Below are positions 25,550 to 39,569 of a stretch of 64,000 bases of DNA, in pieces; position 1 is the stretch's first letter, and every line of letters begins with the position of its first letter. The translations under genes and the position numbers were made by a program. Below the pieces are notes generated by a model. The model was not told the DNA's origin and searched no databases. It worked only from the letters and a program-made list of their open reading frames with translations. The stretch is from the human T2T-CHM13v2.0 reference genome, Homo sapiens: NCBI RefSeq assembly GCF_009914755.1, contig NC_060943.1, one strand, 5' to 3'.

Positions 25550-28537
25550 CAGTTTACTCTTTTTAATTTAAAATATACTGTACTTTTGTGTTGGATCATC
25601 ATGGAGGACAGGAGGCAGGACTAGATTGCATCTCCAGACAGAGCAGCTTGCTGAAGCTTGCATCGTGAATTTTAGCTCCATATCTACTGCAAGAACAAGC
25701 CAGAAATCCCAAGAGGACCCACAGACCCTCTGAAGAAAATGGACTGCTCCTGCAGGATCCAGGAGACTCTCCAAATACTGTGAGTGTCCAAACTGTAGAA
25801 GTAGGAAAGGGAGATTCTCCTCTCCTGAACACACACCCCCACTGGAGAAGCTAAAGGTCTGTTTATAGGAGAAGTTTCTGAATTTACATGGAACTGAGTC
25901 AATTTAGATAGCCAAGCGAAATATAGGGGTAGAGGAAGCAGCAGAAAGACCTGGGAGCTCACTGAATCCCCTAGTGGGCCATTTTTGTCTGGCACCAAAG
26001 GGATCCATCAGGAGGGTGACCAGAGGAGCAGGAGGTAAAACTCCACAGGGAGAAGGAAATCTCTAGCTGAACTTTGTGACAATTTGAATGGGGCAAGAAG
26101 CTTCTCTCCTGTATCCACAGCTGAGAAGCCCTCTGTGGGTAGGGCACAAATCTGGTGTGCAGATTTCACAGGTGGGGGAAGAACCAAGCCCCTTTCTTTC
26201 ACATTTGGGAGGTGGTTAGCTGGGGGCAAGTTTTCAAGCCCATCACACCCTCTGCCTGGAAGAAGGCTCGGGGCTGTTGCAGGGTACATGGTAGGAGGGA
26301 GACCAGCTCTTTGGTTTGTGTGGGAGCTGGCTGGGGCCTGTGACTGTCAGCCTTCCCCAACTTCCCTAACAACATACATGACTCAGCAGAGGCAGCCATA
26401 ATCCTCCTAGGTACACAACTCCAGTGACCTGGGAATCTCACCCCCATACCCCACAGCAGCCACAGCAAGACCTGCCCAAGAGGAGTCTGAACTCAGGCAC
26501 ACCTATCCCCGCCCCCACCTGATGGTCCTTTTCTATCTACCCTGGTAGCAAAAGTCAAAGGACATATAATCTTGGGAGTTCTAGGGCTCCGCCTACTTCC
26601 GGTCCCCCTCTATATTACTACAGCTGATGCTTTTCTGGAAAGCACCACCTCCTGGCAGGAGACAAACCAGCACAAAACTAGAGCATTAAACCACCAAAGC
26701 TGAAAACCTTCACAGAGTCTATTGCACCCCGCTGCCACCTGCACTAGAACAGGTGCTGGTATCCACAGCTGAGAAGCCTATAGATGGTTCACATCACAGG
26801 ACTCTGTGCAGACAACTCCAGTACCAGCGCAGAGTCACGTAGACTTGCTGGGTGGCTAGACCCAGAAGAGAGACAAAAATCTCTGCATTTTGGCACGTAG
26901 GGAGTCACATCCATAGGAAAAGGGGAAGAGTACTACAACACCCAGTGGGACAAAAGAACTGAAAACAGCCTTCAGCCCTGGACTTTCCCTCTGACAGAGC
27001 CTACCAAAATGAGAAGTCAGAAAACAAACCCTTGTAATATGGCAAAACAAGGCTCTTTAACACCCCCCAAAAAATCACACTAGTTCACCAGCAATGGATT
27101 CAAACCAAGAAGAAATCCCTAATTTACCTGAAGAATAACTCAGGAGGTTAATTATTAAGCTAATCAGGGAGAAGTCAGAGAAAGGTGAAGCCCAATGCAA
27201 GAAAATCCAAAAAAAATCATACAAGAAGTAAAGGGAGGAATATTCAAGGAAATTGATAGCTGAAAGAAAAAACAATAAAAAATTCAGGAAACTTTGGACA
27301 CAATTTTAGAAATGTGAAATGCTCTGAAAAGTCTCCACAATAGAATTGAACAAGTAGAAGAAAAATTCAGGGCTCTAAGACAAGGTCTTTGAATTAACTC
27401 AATCCAACAAAGACAAAAATAAATAAATAAATAAGAATAAGAAAATATGAACAAAGTCTCCAAGAAGTCTGGAATTATGTTAAATGACCAAACAAGAATA
27501 ATCAGTGCTGCTGAAGAAGAAGAGAAACCTAAAAGTTTGGAAAACATATTTAGGGGAATAATTGAGAAAAGCTTTCCTGGCCTTGCTAGAGACCTAGACA
27601 TCCAAATGCAAGAAGCACAAAGAACACCTGGGAAATTCATCTCAAAAAGATTGTTGCTTAGGCACATTTTCATCAGGTTATCTAATGTTAAGATGAAGGA
27701 AAGAATATTAAGAGCTGTGAGACAAAAGCACCAGGTAACCTATAAAACAAAACCTATCAGATTAACAGCAGATTTCTCAGTAGAAACTCTACAAGCGAGA
27801 AGGGATTGAGGATCTATCTTCAGCCTTCTCGAACAAAGCAATTATCAGCCAAGAATTTTGTATCCAGCAAAATTAAGCTTCACATATGAAGAAAAGATAA
27901 TCGTTTTCAGACAAACAAATGCTGAATTTGCCATTATCAAGTCACCACTACAAAACAGCTAAAAGAGAGCTAAATCTTGAAACAAATTCTGAAAACATAT
28001 CAAAACAGAACCTCTTTAAAGCGTAAATCTCACAGGACCTAAAAAACAAAAATACAATTTAAAAAACAAAAACAAACAAAGTATACAGACAACAAATAGC
28101 ATGATGAATGGAATGGTGCCTCACATCTCAATACTAACACTGAATGTAAATAGACTAAATGCTCTACTTAAATGACACAGAATTGCAGAATGAATAAGCA
28201 TTCCCCAACCAACCATCTGCTGCCTTCAAGAGACTCACCTAACACATAAGGACTCGCAAAAACTTAAGGTAAAGTGGTGGAAAAACATTTCATGCAAATG
28301 GACACCAAAAGCAAGCAGGAGTAGCTACTCTTAAATCAGACAAAACAAACTTTAAGGCAACAGCAGTTAAAAAAGACAAAGGACATTATATAATGATAAA
28401 AAGCCTTGTCCAGCAGGAAAATATCACAATTCTATACATATATGCACCTAACAGTGGAGATCCCAAATCGATAAAACAATTACTAATAGACCTAAGAAAT
28501 GAGATAGACAGCAACACAATAATAGTGGGAGATTTTA

Positions 28538-28858
<321 letters not shown>

Positions 28859-28913
28859 TCATCAAGACAGTATACAAAGAAATAATGTACTGAAACTATA
28901 CACGGGAACAAAT

Positions 28914-28914
28914 G

Positions 28915-28950
<36 letters not shown>

Positions 28951-28987
28951 GATATATAGATATAGATATAGATATATAGATATATCT
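28914..28987. repeat. (TC)n plus (TATAGA)n simple repeat
   Basis: Directly visible. Confidence 0.9.
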
Positions 28988-29049
28988 ACCTGTGTCGAGG
29001 CGTAGTGTTACACACTTTATTTCAATTATTTAATTTGATTTTAACAATG

Positions 29050-29200
29050 AGATGGATAATATCCTGCTCATTTTACAGATGAGACAATTGAGCCTTAAAG
29101 GTTAAACAAATGATTTCCTAAGCTCATTCAGCCAATAAACGGTAGGGGACTGCTTGACTCCAGCCCAGTTGATCCTCAAATCCATGATTTCTGCCACCAT
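29050..29200. mobile_element. MIR fragment within a non-L1 insert (28988-29274)
   Basis: tatcctgctcattttacagatgagacaattgag..ggttaa..tgatttcctaagctcattcagcca matches the MIR core. Confidence 0.75.
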
Positions 29201-29274
29201 ATTCACAGAAACAAGACAAGCTGAAAGTATAGCCTGACTCTTGAAACAGTCAAAGAATTGTGTATGTTTATGAA

Positions 29275-29458
29275 AGATATAGATATATAGATATCTATAT
29301 ATCTATCTATATACAGATAGATATATAGATATCTATCTGTATACAGATAGATATATAGATATCTATCTGTATACAGATAGATATCTATATATCTATCTGT
29401 ATACAGATAGATATCTATATATCTATCTGTATACAGATAGATATATATATAGAGAGAG
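29275..29458. repeat. AT-rich 30-bp-unit palindromic tandem repeat
   Basis: Two units atacagatagatatatagatatctatctgt then two reverse-complement units. Perfect palindrome 29310-29433. Confidence 0.92.
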
Positions 29459-32400
29459 AACATTTCATCCAACAACCACAGAATATACATTCTATTCAAA
29501 AGTGCATGGAACTTTCACCAAGACAGACCATATGACAGGCCACATAATGAGCCTCGATAAATTTAAGAAAATTAAAATTCTATCAAGCACTCTCTCAGAC
29601 CACAGCGGAATAAAACTGGAAATCAACTCCAAAAGGAACCCCCAAAATCACGCAAATACATGGAAATTGAATAACCTGCTCCTGAATGATTATTGGGTCA
29701 AAAATGAAATTAAGAGGAAAATTATAAAATTCTTCTAACTGAATGAAAAAGGGGACAAAATCTATCAAAACCTCCAGGACACAGCTAAGGTGGTGCAAAG
29801 AGGAATGCTTATAGCCCTAAATGCCTACATCAAAGTCTGAAAGAGCACAGACAATCTAAGGTCGCATCTCAAGGAACTAAAGGAACAAAAACAAACCAAA
29901 CCCAAACCCAGCAGAAGAAAGGAAATAACCAATATCAGAGCAGAATTAAATAAAGTTGAAACAAAGAAAACAACACAAAAAATAAATTTAACAAAAAGCT
30001 GGTTCTTTGAAAAGATAAAGAAAACTGATAGACCATTAGCAAGATTAACCAAAAAAATAAGAGAGAAAAGCCAAATAAGCTCAACAAGGAATGAAACAAG
30101 ATGCAACTGACACCCCAGAAATACAAAAGATCATTCAAGGCTACTATGAACACTTTTATGTGCATAAACTAGAAAACCTGTAAGAGATGGATAAATTCCT
30201 GGAAAGACACAACCCTCCTAGCTTAAATCAGGAAGAATTAGATATCCTGAACAAACCAATAACAAGCAACAAGATTGAAATGATAATTAAAAAATTACAA
30301 ACAAAAAAAAGTCCAGGACCAGACAGATTCACAGCAGAATTCTACCAGATATACAAAGAAGAGTTGGTACCAATCCTATTGACACTATTTCACAAGATGG
30401 AGAGAGAGAAAACCCTTCCTTGGGTTTTCCTTCATTCTATGAACCCAGTATCATTTTAATGCCAAAACCAGGAAAGGATATAACCAAAAACAAACAAACA
30501 AAAAACTACAGACCAATATCCCTGATGAAAATAGATGCTAAAATCCTTAACAAAATACTAGCTAACCGAATCTGACAACATATCAACAAAGCATGATCAA
30601 GTGGGTTTCATACCAGGGATGCAGGGATGGTTTAACATTGCAAGTCAATAAATGTGATATACCACCTAAACAGAATTAAAAACAAAAATCACATGATCAT
30701 CTCAATAGATGCAGAAAAAACATTTGACAAAATCCAGCATTGCTTTATGATTAAAACTCTCAGCAAAATAGGCATACAAGGAACATACCTCAATGTAATA
30801 AAAGCCATCTATGACAAACCCACAGCCAACATAATACTGCATGTGGAAGAGTTGAAACCATTTTCTCTGAGAACTGTAACAAGACAAGGATGCCCACTCT
30901 CACCACTCCTCTTCAACATAGTACTGGAAGTCCTAGCCAGAGCAATCAAACAAGAGAAATAAAGAGCATCCAAATCAGTAAAGAGGAAGGTCAAACTGTC
31001 ACTGTTTGCTGATGATATAATTGTTTACTTAGAAAACCCTAAAGACTCCTCCAGAAAGCTTCTAGAACTGATAAAAGAATTCAGCAAAGTTTCCAGACAC
31101 AAAATTAATGTACACAAATTAGTAGCTCTTCTGTATACCAACAGTGACCAAGCTGAGAATCAGATCAGGAACTCAACCCCTTTTACGATAGCTGCAAAAA
31201 AAATTAAATGCTTAGGAATATGTCTAACCAAGGAGGTGAAAGCTTTCTACAAAGAAAACTACAAAACACTGCTGAAAGAAATCATAGACAACACAAACAA
31301 ATAGAATTACCTCCCATGCTCAAGGATGGGTAGAATCAATATTGTGAAAATGACCATACTGTCAAAAGCAATCTACAAATTCAATGCAATTCCCATCCAA
31401 ATACCACTATGATTCTTCAGAGTTAGAAAAAACAATTCTAAACTTCATATTAAACTGAAAAACAGCTCATATAGCCAAAGCAAGACTAACTAAAAAGAAC
31501 AAATCTGGAGGCATCACATTACCTGATTTCAAACTGTACTATAAGACGATAGTCACCAAAACAGCATGGTACTGGTATAAAAATAGGCACATAGACCAAT
31601 GGAACAAAATAGAGAACCCAGAGATAAACCCAAATACTTACAGCCAACTGATCATCAACAAAACAAACAAAAACATTATATGGGGAAAGGATACCCTTTT
31701 CAACAAATTGTGCTGGGATAATTGGCTAGTCACATGTAGGAAAATAAAACTGGATCCTCACCTCGCCTCTCACCTTATACAAAAATCAGCTCAAGATGGA
31801 TTAAGGACTTAAATCTAAGACTTGAAACTAGAACATTGAAAAAAACCCTTCTAGACATTGGCTTAGGCAGGACTTCATGACCAAGAACCCAAAAGCAAAT
31901 GCAATAAAACAAAGATAAATTGCTGGGACTTAATTAAACTAAAGAGCCTTTGCATGGCAAAAGTAAAGTCAGCAGAGTAAACAGAAAACCCACAGACTGG
32001 GAAAAATCTTTACAATCTACACATCTGACAAAGAACTAATATCCAAAATCTACAAAGAACTCAAAAAAAGCAACAAGAATAAAAAAGAAACAATCCTTCC
32101 AAAAAGTAGGCTAAGGACATGAATACACAATTATAAAAAGAAGACATATAAATGGCTAACAAACATATGGAAAAAATGCTCAACATCACTAATGATCAGG
32201 AAAATGCAAATCAAAACCACAATGTGATACCAACTTACTCCTGCAAGAATGGCCGTAATCAAGAAATCAAAAAATAGTAGATGTTGGCATGGATTCAATG
32301 AACAAAGAACACTTCTGTACTGTGGGTGGGAATGTAAACTAGTACAACCACTATGGAAATCAGGGTGGAGATTCCTTAAATAACTAAAAGTAGAACTACC

Positions 32401-33110
32401 ATTTGATCCAGCAATTCCATAACTGGGTACCCAGAAAAAAAGAAGTCATTATGTGAAAAAGATACCTGCACATGCATGTTTATAGCAGTACAATTCACAA
32501 TTGCAAAATCATGCCCAAATGCCCATCAATTGAGTGGATTAAGAAACTGTGGTATACGTATAGGATGGGAATACTATCCAAGCCTTAAAAAGGAATGAAC
32601 GAATGGCATTCTCAGCGACCTGGTTGAGATTGGAGACTATTATTCTAAGTGAAGTAACTCAGGAATGGAAAACCAAACATCATATGTTCTCACTAATAAG
32701 TGGAAGCTGTGTTGTAAGGATGCAAAGACATAAAAATAATATAATGGACTTTGGGGATACAGGGAGAAAGGGTAGAAAGGGGGTGAGGGATAAAAGACTA
32801 CAAATAGGGTCCAGTGTATACTGCTCAGGTGATGGGTGCACCAGACTCACAAATCACCACTAAAGAACTTACTTATGTAACCAAACACCACCTGTTCCCC
32901 AATAACCTTTGGAAATAAAAACAATTTTTAAAAAATGTCACTCTCAGCACATGCAGTTTCAGCTTTGCTTCAGAGACCTGAATTACTTTGATTCGTGGTC
33001 CAGCTAAAATTAAATTAAATTAAATTTTAAAATGTCAACGTTTTCAAAGGAAGTACAATAAGCCTGAAAATATTTTAGATAAAAATATTTTTGTAAATTT
33101 GACAGGTTAA

Positions 33111-33419
<309 letters not shown>

Positions 33420-33755
33420 TTACGGGTTAATGTGGTATAAGACTAAACTAATTAGTAGAGTACATTTGAAACACTTCAGATTACAAATATTTAGTCCTTT
33501 TTAGGATACAGTTTTAAAAATTAATCACTATTTTTATGAATAAAATACTTTTTTTTGAATTGTAAAATTTTATTTTCCACACGTCAACATTCTTATTAAC
33601 ACAGCTTGATTGAAAAAATTCTGACCATAAGCATGTTGATTATTTCCCTTTGGAACTGGTGAAATCAGAAAAATAAAATATTTATTTTGCATATATAGCA
33701 TCAAAAATATTCACTCAATGTGGCCTTCTGTGTGTATATTAAAAGGCTTTCTTCT

Positions 33756-33970
33756 GGCCGGGCGCGGTGGCTCACGCCTGTAATCCTAGCACTTTGGGAG
33801 GCTGAGGCGGGCGGATCACCTGAGGTCGGGAGTTTGAGACCAGCCTTACTAACATGGAGAAATCCTGTCTCTACTAAAAATACAAAATTAGCCGGGCGTG
33901 GTGGCACATGCCTGTAATCCCAGCTACTCGAGGAGGCTGAGGCAGGAGAATTGCTTGAACCCGGGAGGAA
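33756..33970 (+). mobile_element. AluSp-like, 3'-truncated
   Basis: Ends at aacccgggagg with no tail. Confidence 0.85.
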
Positions 33971-34162
33971 GACGGAGTATTTATTAAAAAGAGAGAAAAG
34001 GGATTGATTACAGATGTTAGTTGCAGATATAACTTATTGTGATTGGAACTAAATGTTACCAAAAAATTTAGGTTGTATGTGAAATTCTTCGATAAATTTT
34101 ATGGACTTCAATAGGTCACAGAAAATCTTACTGTGCTCTTCTTTCTTTTACAACACAAAGTT

Positions 34163-34227
34163 GGCCGGGCGCGGTGGTTCACGCCTGTAATCCCAGCACT
34201 TCGGAAGGCCGAGGTGGGTGGATCACT
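34163..34227 (+). mobile_element. Alu 5' fragment only (65 bp)
   Basis: ggccgggcgcggtgg..ggatcac then an abrupt switch to unique sequence. Confidence 0.85.
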
Positions 34228-34606
34228 GTCATTATTTCTAGCTGACATAAGGTAACAATTTACAAGCTGTGGCTGTAGAAACTGGAAATCTCCTGGTTGA
34301 CTCTGCTTTACTTCTTGCCTTCCTATTTTAGAGAAACAAAGCAGCACAAGAAAGGCCAGAAAGGACACACCTTGATTGCAAACACACTGGCGTCTTTCTA
34401 GGGAGAATATATGGGTGACAATATTAATTTGAAATTTATGGCATCTTTTGTAGAAGTACGGACATCTATATGGCAAATAATAAATACAAGTAAAAATTTA
34501 ACACTGCGATAGAATCAGGAAAGTTTGCCAAAAATACCTTGTGATCAATTATTCCTTTATTCACTAGTATGGTTGTGATGGAATGGTTGCAGCAGTGTGG
34601 TCTTAA

Positions 34607-34953
<347 letters not shown>

Positions 34954-35771
34954 CTTTTTTCTTCAGAAAAATACTTTATTTTCCTAATTCAGAAATTTAA
35001 CGTAATTTTCAGTCTCACATTTTCAAAAATGGTTTATTCTAAAAGAAGTATGATTAAACAATTCAGCATTTTTTTCCAAAAAAAAAAGAGTAAAAAGTTA
35101 ACTTTATAGTCTAGTGTAGTTACTAAGTAAAAAACAAAGATGTAGAGTCATTTATTTTAGCTGCACACTTGGAAATAAAACACTTCTTTGCCTATAGGCT
35201 GAGAGCTTTCAAAGATGCTAGCTTATAGAATGTGGGGAGACCTAGTATTAAAACATTCACCCCTATGCTCAAAGGGAACATAATTTTGTGTCTTCTTTGA
35301 CTCCTAATTCCAACTATTAACCCAGATCTATAGAAATGTAACATTTCATTATAGCACAAAATATTTTATTATTTTTATTTCAGATTCAAGAGATATAGGT
35401 GAAGATGTGTAACACAGGTATACTACATGATGTTAAGGTTTGGGCACTTGATAACTCCATTGCCCCAGTAGTGTACATCATACTTGATAGGTAGTTTTTC
35501 AGTGTTTCTCTCCTTTCCTTTTTTATTTTTAGAACTCTGCGTTTATTGTTTTCATCTATGTTTCCATGTTAACCCAATGTTTAGCACCCACTCATAAGTG
35601 AGAACATGTGGTATATAACATACTTATACACAATGCAATACTATCCAGCCACAGAAAAAGAAATAGTGTTTTTTTGCAGCAACATGAATGCATCAGAAGA
35701 AATGTTCTTTGCAGCAATATGGATGTTAATTTTCTCATTATAAGCAAATTAAAAAAGAAAATGAATCTAAA

Positions 35772-36350
<579 letters not shown>

Positions 36351-37215
36351 AAAAAGAAAAGAAAAAGGAAATTAATCTAAAATTCATTAGTACCTGGTTA
36401 AATTGTAGATCTTTGCTATGGTGAATAGTGCTGCAGTAAACATTTCAGTGCAAGTCTTTTTTCTAAAATTATTTTCCCTTTTGGGTATATAGTCAGTAAT
36501 TGGGTTGATGGGCTAAATGGCAATTCTATTTTAAGTTCTTTGAAAAATCTTCAAACTGTGTTCCATAGAGGCTGAATTAATTTGCATTTCCATCAACAGT
36601 GTAGAAAGACGCCCTTTTTTTCCACAACTTGAATATTTGTCACTTTTTGGCTTTTAATAAGTCATTCTAACTAGCATGAGATAGTATCACATTGTTATTT
36701 TGACTTACATTTCTCTCATGACTAGGGACGTTGAGCATTTTTCTTTGTATGTTTATTGGCAGCTTTTATGTCTTTCTTTGAGTAATGGTTTTTCATATTA
36801 TGTGTCTTTTTTTATAAAATTTCTGATAGATTCTATATATTAATACTTTGTTGTATGTAGTTTGCAAATATTTTATTTTATACTACAGGTTGTCTAATTT
36901 GTCAATAGTTTCTTTTGCTATGCAGCTATTTAGTTTAATTAGGTGCGAATTTCCAAGTTTTTTTCCATTGAATTTACTTTTAAGGTGTTATGAATTATTT
37001 CCAGAGGGCAGTGTCTAGAAGAGTACTTTCTAATTGGTCTTCTAGAATTTTTATATATTAAAGTCTCACAGTTATTAATCTATCTTGTTTTATATATGAG
37101 AGGTAGGGTTTCAGTTTTCTTCTTTTGCATATGACTAACCAGTTTTCCCAATACTATTTATTAGATAGGTAGTTATTTCCTTTTTATTTCTATTAACTTT
37201 GTCAAAAATAAGTTG

Positions 37216-37489
37216 GGGGAAGGAGTGGTGGCTCCTGCCTGTAATCCCAGCACTTCAGGGACCAAGGTGAGCAGATCACTTGAGTTCAAGTGTTTGAGAC
37301 CAGCCTGGCCAACATGGTGAAACCCCACCTCTACTGAAAATACAAAAGTTGGCCAGGCGTGGTGGTGCATATCTGTAATCACAGCTACTCGGGAGGCTGA
37401 GGCATGAGAATTGCTTGAACTCAGGAGTCAGAGGTTGCAGTGATCTGGGATTGTTCCACAGCACTCCCTCAAAAAAAAAAAAAAAAAAA
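37216..37489 (+). mobile_element. Alu, degraded at both ends
   Basis: Alu body with polyA. Confidence 0.82.
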
Positions 37490-38695
37490 GGTTCGTTGTG
37501 TAGGAGTGTAGCTTTATTTCAGGGCTCTCTCTCTGTTCCATTGGTCCATATGTATATTTTTGTACCAGAACCATGTCATATTGGTTACTGTAGCTTCTGG
37601 TAAAGTTTGAAGTCAGGTAATGTGAGGCATCCAGGTTTGTTAACGTTGCCTTGGCTATTTAGGCTTGTTTTTCTACACATTTTAGAAGATTTTTTTTAAT
37701 TCTATAAAAATGGCATTAAGGGTTTGATAGAAATAGCACTTAATTTGTAGGTGGTTTTAGGCAGCACAAACATTTAAATTATATTGATTCTTCAAATCCA
37801 TGAGCATAAAATGCTTTTCCATTTACTTGTGTTTTCTGATTTCTTTCAGCAGTGTATTGTTGTACTCCTTGTAGAGAGATTTTACATCCTTGATTCAATG
37901 TATACATATTTTTTGTTTGTGGCTATCATAAACTGTGTTCTTGATTTTGTTCTCAGCTTGAATGTTATTAGTGTAAAAAATGCCACTCATTTTTGTATGT
38001 TGATTTTGTATCATGAGACATTGCTGAAGTCATTTTTTAGGCTTACGAGTCTTTTGGTTAAATATTTAAAGTTTCCCAGGTAGAGAATTATATCTTCTGT
38101 GAAGATAATTTGACTTCCTATTTTTCTCTTTAGATGCCTTTTATTTATTTGTTTGATTGCACTGGCTAGGACTTCCAGAACTATGTTGAATAGGAGTGTG
38201 AGTGTTGAGTGAATATTGTTATTTTTATGGAGAATGCATCTAGCTTTCATCTGTTAAGTATGATGTTAAATGAAGATTTGTCATGGATGACTCATTATTT
38301 TGAGGTGTTTCTTCAATGTCTAGTTTGTTGAGAATATTTTTATGAATATTGAATTTTCTTGAATGCTTTTTCTGCATGTTTTGATAATTACATAATTTTT
38401 GCTTTTAATCATTTTACAAGGTGAATTTCACTTATTGACTGCATATCATAAAACATTCTTGCATTCATAAAGCCCGCATGATTGTGGAAAATAACTTTTT
38501 GATTTGCTTGTGAACTCAGCTTGCTAGTGTTTCATGGAAGATGTTTCAATGTTCATGAAGAATATTTGCCTATAGTTTTTTTGTGTCTTCACTAGATTTT
38601 GGTATTAGGATGATACTTGTTTCATATAATGAATTAGGAATAAATTCCACTTTGATTTTTTATATACATTCAGTAGAATTAGTACCAGTTCATCC

Positions 38696-38995
<300 letters not shown>

Positions 38996-39002
38996 TAGTT
39001 CA

Positions 39003-39305
39003 TTTTTTTTTGTTTGTTTGAGGCAGAGTCTTGCTTTGTCGCCCTGGCTGGAGTGCAGTGGCATGCATGATCTTGGCTCACTGCAACCTCCACCTCCTGT
39101 GTTAAAGTGATTCTCCTACCTCAGCCTCCCGAGTAGCTGGGATTACAGGCACACGCCACCATGCCCAGTTAATTTTTGTATTTTTGATAAAGACAGGGTT
39201 TCACCATGTTGCCCAGGCTGGTCTCGAACTCCTGACCTCAGGTGATCCACACCCTTCGGTCTCCCAAAGTGCTGGGATTACAGGCATGAGCCACCATGCC
39301 CGGCC
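39003..39305 (-). mobile_element. AluS
   Basis: Dimer. Confidence 0.87.
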
Positions 39306-39569
39306 CATCTTTTTTATATGTGGTAAAATTTGGCTGTGAATTTATCTGATTCAGGGCTATTTATGTTTTTTTTATTACTAATTCAATTTCATTATACATT
39401 TTTGCTCTGTTCTAGATTTTTGTTTCTTCATGGCTCAATTTTGGAAGATTGTGTGTATCCAGTTTATTTTCTCTAAATTATTTAGTTTCCATGCATAGAG
39501 ATGTCCATAGTAGTCTCTGAGGATGTTTTATATTTATGTGGGATTAGCTTTCACATGTTTAACATTTAA

